The translations under genes were made by a program, and so were the position numbers. The notes under the pieces were generated by a model. The model saw only the letters and a program-made list of their open reading frames with translations. It ran no database searches and was not told the DNA's origin. A stretch of 64,000 bases of DNA, taken from positions 409-64,408 of the forward strand of contig CAUEQX010000001.1 of the NCBI GenBank assembly GCA_959020035.1, read 5' to 3'. The DNA comes from an uncultured Collinsella sp. GTDB lineage: Bacteria > Actinomycetota > Coriobacteriia > Coriobacteriales > Coriobacteriaceae. Positions 59,848 through 64,000 of this stretch are shown here, piece by piece. Every line of letters begins with the position of its first letter. Within the stretch, counting starts at the first letter, position 1.

Positions 59848-62800
59848 CTAGTGGGTCTTGCGGCGCTTGATCAGCATGATGAGGGCTATCACTACGAGCG
59901 TTGCTCCCGCTGCTGCTGCGGTGGCGACTAGGGCGAATGTTTGGTCGCCGGTGTTTGCGAGGTTCTTCGCTGTGGTCGTAGTCTTGACCTTGGTGTCGGT
60001 CTTAGCTCCGTTGTCGGACTTGGGCTTGTCCGGGTTCGTCGGGGTCTCAGGAGTCTCGGGGTCCTTTGAGCCTTCGGAATCGGTTGGGCCGGCGGTGTTT
60101 ACCAGCGTATGGTCCAGGAACTTCTTGGCGCCCGCACTTGCCTGTGAGAACAGGCGGCGCGTGCGGATCGGGGTGGCGTTCACCGTTGTGAGCGCCGTCT
60201 CCTCGGCCTCGATATTCACGAGCGTCGTGCCGTTGTCGAGGCCCACGTCGTTGTATCCCACGTGGCAGTAATACTGCGCACCGTCATCGTCTGCGGTCAG
60301 GTCAATCTCGAGCTTTGAGGCCGTTCCAGCCGCGAGGTTGCCATCGGCACCCACGAGCTTAAACTCTGTCTCGCCGCGGCCCTTGCGGTACCACATATAG
60401 GTCGGTGCCAGCCCTGTTTCGCTATCGTCGGCACCGAGTTGCTTCACATAGCCAATCGCCGAGAGCGTCAGGTGGCTTCCCGCCGTGCGCTCAACCGAAG
60501 AGTCGTATCCAAGATCCGACCCCTCCGCAGCATCCGCTGCAGGTCCGCTCACGGTCATCGTCATGCCATCGGGCATGGTCTTGACCGTGATGATTGCCGA
60601 GCGAATACCTGTTTCGGTCGTGGATCCATTCTTAACGGCGGCGATGGCGAATCGATACTCCGTATTGGGCTGCAGCCCATCCCACTTGAGCGAGGTCTGC
60701 GTGTTGTCGGCAATCTTCCAGCTATTGACGACCGCATCCGCCGCATTGCTCTGCAGCATGCCCACGCCGTAGCTAAAGCCACTCTTGTTTGCGAGTACAT
60801 CGTCCCAGCTAAACGTAACGCTGGTCGAATCGACGGCGTTTGCCGTAAAGCCCGTCACGGCCGGCGCGTCGGGCATCTCGACGTCCTTAACGTCATAGCC
60901 CACGATCCAGAACTGGTCGGTGTCCTTGGTGCCGAGCTTGTCGCCCGAGTCTGCCTCGAACTTGTCGACATCCACCGCGTTGACGCCCAGACGCCACACA
61001 AAACCGTACTTGCCCTGCGCGGCCTCGGGCAGGTTGTCGACGGTGCCGCCGTATTCGGTCGATTCACTCGAGGAGTTACCCGTAGTAAAGCCGGCGTTGG
61101 CACCAAAGCACAGGCCGCCAAACAACTCGTGCTTTGCGAGCTTCGCGCCCATGACAACGCTGCCGTTCAGCGTCAAGCCGAGCTCGAGCTCCTGCTCCTT
61201 GCCCTCCTCGACTTCGATGGTCTGCTCAATGCTCGCCCCCGACTGCGCGGCGGCGCCGTTAAACCCATCGTGCGTGTAGGCGCGCGTTACGCCAGGCTTG
61301 CCCAGGCCAAAGGAATCCCCAACGGGAGTCTCGCCGTTGAGCGTCGTTTGATAGGTTCCGGGTTCTACCGACCGGTTGGTCAAAAAGTAGCTGAGCGGCG
61401 TCATATTGTGCTGTTTGGCAATGCGGTCATAGGCCTCGACATTAACGACCGAGGTCTGCGCGCCGAGCGACACGGGCGCCGCCATCACGCCCTTGCCACC
61501 AGTTTCCTCATTTTCGATCTCATACTCGTAATAGACCATCGGAATCGTGTAGAGCACGGCCTTGTCACCCTCGCCGGCATGCGACTCATAGCTTACGCTT
61601 GCGCTGACCGTGCGCTCGCTCCGGTAGTCATAGCATCCCTCGGCGGCAAAATCGACTGAAGCATTCATCGCGACCAGGGGCGGACCGGTCTGCACCTCGA
61701 CGGCAACGCCCAACTCGGCGCCAATGGTATAGCCCTGGGATGTCCCCGTGCCCTTTTCCTCTCCGTATGACGTGCCGCCCAACACCAGATAGCCGTATGC
61801 CTGCTCCAGATCCTCAACATAGGGCGCATCCTGCAGCACGGCAAGCACGCGCGGGTTGGTATAGACCTTGTAGCGGTCCTTGTACGTGATCTTGACGCTG
61901 TCGTTGTCGACATCGGGCAGCGCGAGCGAGATAAATGTGCCGTAGGTAGTGCCGCGACGGTTGCTCTCGCTAATCACCTGCTCCTCGCCGCGGCGCACCT
62001 TTCCGTTCTCGTCGAGCGAAAAATGCGAGGCGGTCATCCAATAGTAGTCATCGTTCTTGCGCAGGTCCTCGTCGCGGTGCTTGCCCACCACGGCGATAAA
62101 GCTCTCGTTATAGCGGTCCGAACCCGAGACGCTGCCCGCCTTGACGTCGCTGATCCACACCTGCTCTATACCCTTGTGGTCATGCTTGTTGCTGCTGTTG
62201 TATTGCTGACCGCTCATGCTCATGGTTCCGACCATGGACCCCAAGCCCTGAGCCCCGCTCTGTGCCGTGTTGCAGGCAAAGTCGCGGAACACATCGCCGC
62301 CCACGAGCACCTCGTCGACCGCCAGCTGCTCGGACAGGCCGTCAAGGTTGGCAGTGGCAAGGGCAATAGGCGCCAAGGTGCACGGATAGCGCTTATCCTG
62401 AGCGCTATCCTTCCATGCGCTGTTGGGCACATGCATCAGCCCATAGGAGGCGAGGAGCCCGTCTCTGTATTCCTTGCAATCGGAAAGCTTGAACTCGCCA
62501 GACTCCGAGTCAAAATACGCGTAGCGGTACAGCGCGCCGTACAGCCCCTTGCTGCCGTCAGAAGCGCCGTAATCAAAAGCGCTGCGTTGCCAGTCATAGC
62601 CCGCAAGAATAAGGCCCGTGACGGTTTCACCCGTCTTCTTTCCTTCTTCATCGTAGGCGGCAAACGTGCCGAACGTCGCATTCGCAGCGACCATGGTCTT
62701 GCCGTTCGCGGAGAGGGAGATTGCGCCCGCGTCGCCCAGAGCATCGACATGGACGAGCGCACCCTTGGATGCATCCCACGAAAACAGCTCGCAATGCGTC

Positions 62801-63972
62801 GACTTATCAATATTCTTCTTGCCGTAGGGTGCCGAGACCACGATGGCGAGGTCATCGCAAAAATCGCGATCGAGGTCGCCGGCCGCTAGCGAAACGACAG
62901 GAGCTGACTGAAGCTGCGTCCAGGAGTCGTTCCCGCCCTTGTTGTGCGTGGTGTAGTCCGCGGCGTTACCGGCATCGATCTTGACGACGCTTTGCTTCCA
63001 GTTGCCGCCCTCCAAGTCATACATGTCGACTACAGCCTTGCGCACGCCGTTCTCGTCGACATAGCAGCCCGCGTAGACAAAAAGCTCGTCGACGCCGTCG
63101 CCATCGACATCGCCCGCCTCGACATCAAAGACGGCGTCGTGCTCTTGCAGGTAACCGGCATCCAGGTACTTAAAACGGCCTTCGTACATCATATTAGTGT
63201 TGACCGTCACCGGCAGGTGTGTGTCGAGAGTGCGCGTACGCCCGTTGCTAAACGAGTAGAGGACCAGCTCAACCTTTCCGGCGTATGACTTGCCGTCAAT
63301 CGTCGTGGAGGAACTGTCGCCGTAGGCACGGAGCTCGGCAACGCGGCTCTTTTTGCCCGTGCTGGCGTCGCTGCAGAACTCAACACTCGTGGCGTGAATG
63401 CCCGAGAAACCGTTGTTGTCGTTGGCGAGTACTGTTGAGGACTCATTGTTGCTTAGGTACGACCAGGTGCCGCCACCGTAGTCGCTATGCTTGTAGAGAT
63501 CGCTGTTCGTATCGAAGTTGTTGACGTTTTGCCAGAACTTTGCGGCGCCCCACACACTTCCATAGCCATCGGTGAGTTTGCTGCTGCCGCCAATGTCACC
63601 GCGCTCGACGTTCTCGAGCTTGTCGCGCAGAGTGTAGCGATTGCCATGGCTACCGTTAGCTGCCATATAGACCTCGCTGCGCGTGGCAAACGTCGTGGGG
63701 GTATCAGTGGAATAGGGGCCAACGGTATCGGCCGGAATGTCCTCGCTCGTGCCCAGACCCAGGGCTTGATAATCCTGCTCGGTCATATCGGTGATTGCGG
63801 GCGCGTCTGCCGCCTGGGCAACCTGGGGCGTGGCCGTGAAGCAGGCGACGCTCGTGGCGATCAACGCAGCAAGCGCCGCCGTCCCAACAAGCGGGATTTT
63901 CGACAGCCTACGGATACGGGGGTGTGGAACGTACATGAGGGACCTCGCTTTATTCGAGTGGAGTGGACTCAT
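59848..63972 (-). CDS. Large sortase-anchored surface protein (FG-GAP-like repeats, FN3, Ig-like, LANTG motif)
   Basis: Signal peptide (..AQAADA), AGDVDGDGVDEL and AGDLDRD..DDL, FN3 (SVTFSW..GLQPNTEYRFAIAA), Ig-like (YMWY..DDGAQYYC), LANTG+TM+KRRK; exact start uncertain. Confidence 0.88.
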   Translation of the reverse strand: MSPLHSNKARSLMYVPHPRIRRLSKIPLVGTAALAALIATSVACFTATPQVAQAADAPAITDMTEQDYQALGLGTSEDIPADTVGPYSTDTPTTFATRSEVYMAANGSHGNRYTLRDKLENVERGDIGGSSKLTDGYGSVWGAAKFWQNVNNFDTNSDLYKHSDYGGGTWSYLSNNESSTVLANDNNGFSGIHATSVEFCSDASTGKKSRVAELRAYGDSSSTTIDGKSYAGKVELVLYSFSNGRTRTLDTHLPVTVNTNMMYEGRFKYLDAGYLQEHDAVFDVEAGDVDGDGVDELFVYAGCYVDENGVRKAVVDMYDLEGGNWKQSVVKIDAGNAADYTTHNKGGNDSWTQLQSAPVVSLAAGDLDRDFCDDLAIVVSAPYGKKNIDKSTHCELFSWDASKGALVHVDALGDAGAISLSANGKTMVAANATFGTFAAYDEEGKKTGETVTGLILAGYDWQRSAFDYGASDGSKGLYGALYRYAYFDSESGEFKLSDCKEYRDGLLASYGLMHVPNSAWKDSAQDKRYPCTLAPIALATANLDGLSEQLAVDEVLVGGDVFRDFACNTAQSGAQGLGSMVGTMSMSGQQYNSSNKHDHKGIEQVWISDVKAGSVSGSDRYNESFIAVVGKHRDEDLRKNDDYYWMTASHFSLDENGKVRRGEEQVISESNRRGTTYGTFISLALPDVDNDSVKITYKDRYKVYTNPRVLAVLQDAPYVEDLEQAYGYLVLGGTSYGEEKGTGTSQGYTIGAELGVAVEVQTGPPLVAMNASVDFAAEGCYDYRSERTVSASVSYESHAGEGDKAVLYTIPMVYYEYEIENEETGGKGVMAAPVSLGAQTSVVNVEAYDRIAKQHNMTPLSYFLTNRSVEPGTYQTTLNGETPVGDSFGLGKPGVTRAYTHDGFNGAAAQSGASIEQTIEVEEGKEQELELGLTLNGSVVMGAKLAKHELFGGLCFGANAGFTTGNSSSESTEYGGTVDNLPEAAQGKYGFVWRLGVNAVDVDKFEADSGDKLGTKDTDQFWIVGYDVKDVEMPDAPAVTGFTANAVDSTSVTFSWDDVLANKSGFSYGVGMLQSNAADAVVNSWKIADNTQTSLKWDGLQPNTEYRFAIAAVKNGSTTETGIRSAIITVKTMPDGMTMTVSGPAADAAEGSDLGYDSSVERTAGSHLTLSAIGYVKQLGADDSETGLAPTYMWYRKGRGETEFKLVGADGNLAAGTASKLEIDLTADDDGAQYYCHVGYNDVGLDNGTTLVNIEAEETALTTVNATPIRTRRLFSQASAGAKKFLDHTLVNTAGPTDSEGSKDPETPETPTNPDKPKSDNGAKTDTKVKTTTTAKNLANTGDQTFALVATAAAAGATLVVIALIMLIKRRKTH

Positions 63973-64000
63973 TTTTGCAAATGATACATCCGATGCCCGA

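Overview
High-GC bacterial chromosome segment; gene content and codon style suggest Coriobacteriia, Collinsella-like (inference). It is mostly housekeeping. The core is the prfA-prmC-tsaC-glpK-upp-atp(I)BEFHAGDC-murA-LCP run on the minus strand. Also present: pepT, a DtxR/MntR regulator, a polar amino-acid ABC transporter with an M20 hydrolase, a MarR-ABC exporter pair, a GGDEF protein, a LysR/SDR/MFS/Gfo-Idh-MocA unit, tex, a transaldolase-family gene, rlmKL, kup with KdpD/KdpE-like genes, an LtaS-family gene and a large sortase-anchored surface protein. Accessory inserts are a RelE/HigB-type toxin-antitoxin pair and an AAA+/DUF4143-type gene. No rRNA, tRNA, transposase, integrase or cas gene was recognised. 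The most unusual signal is non-coding. (1) A dispersed ~165-nt element in 4 copies whose fold is kept by compensatory changes; three copies sit against a stop codon. (2) Two arrays of ~62-bp units made of 14-bp inverted arms with fixed-length (18 and 15-16 nt) variable spacers, each next to a terminator. (3) A 138-bp structured insert bounded by a 19-bp duplication of a gene's 3' end. (4) Two families of REP-like palindromes sharing a GTCCC/GGGAC core, one pair of which brackets the AAA+ gene. All calls come from reading the sequence by eye; no searches were run.
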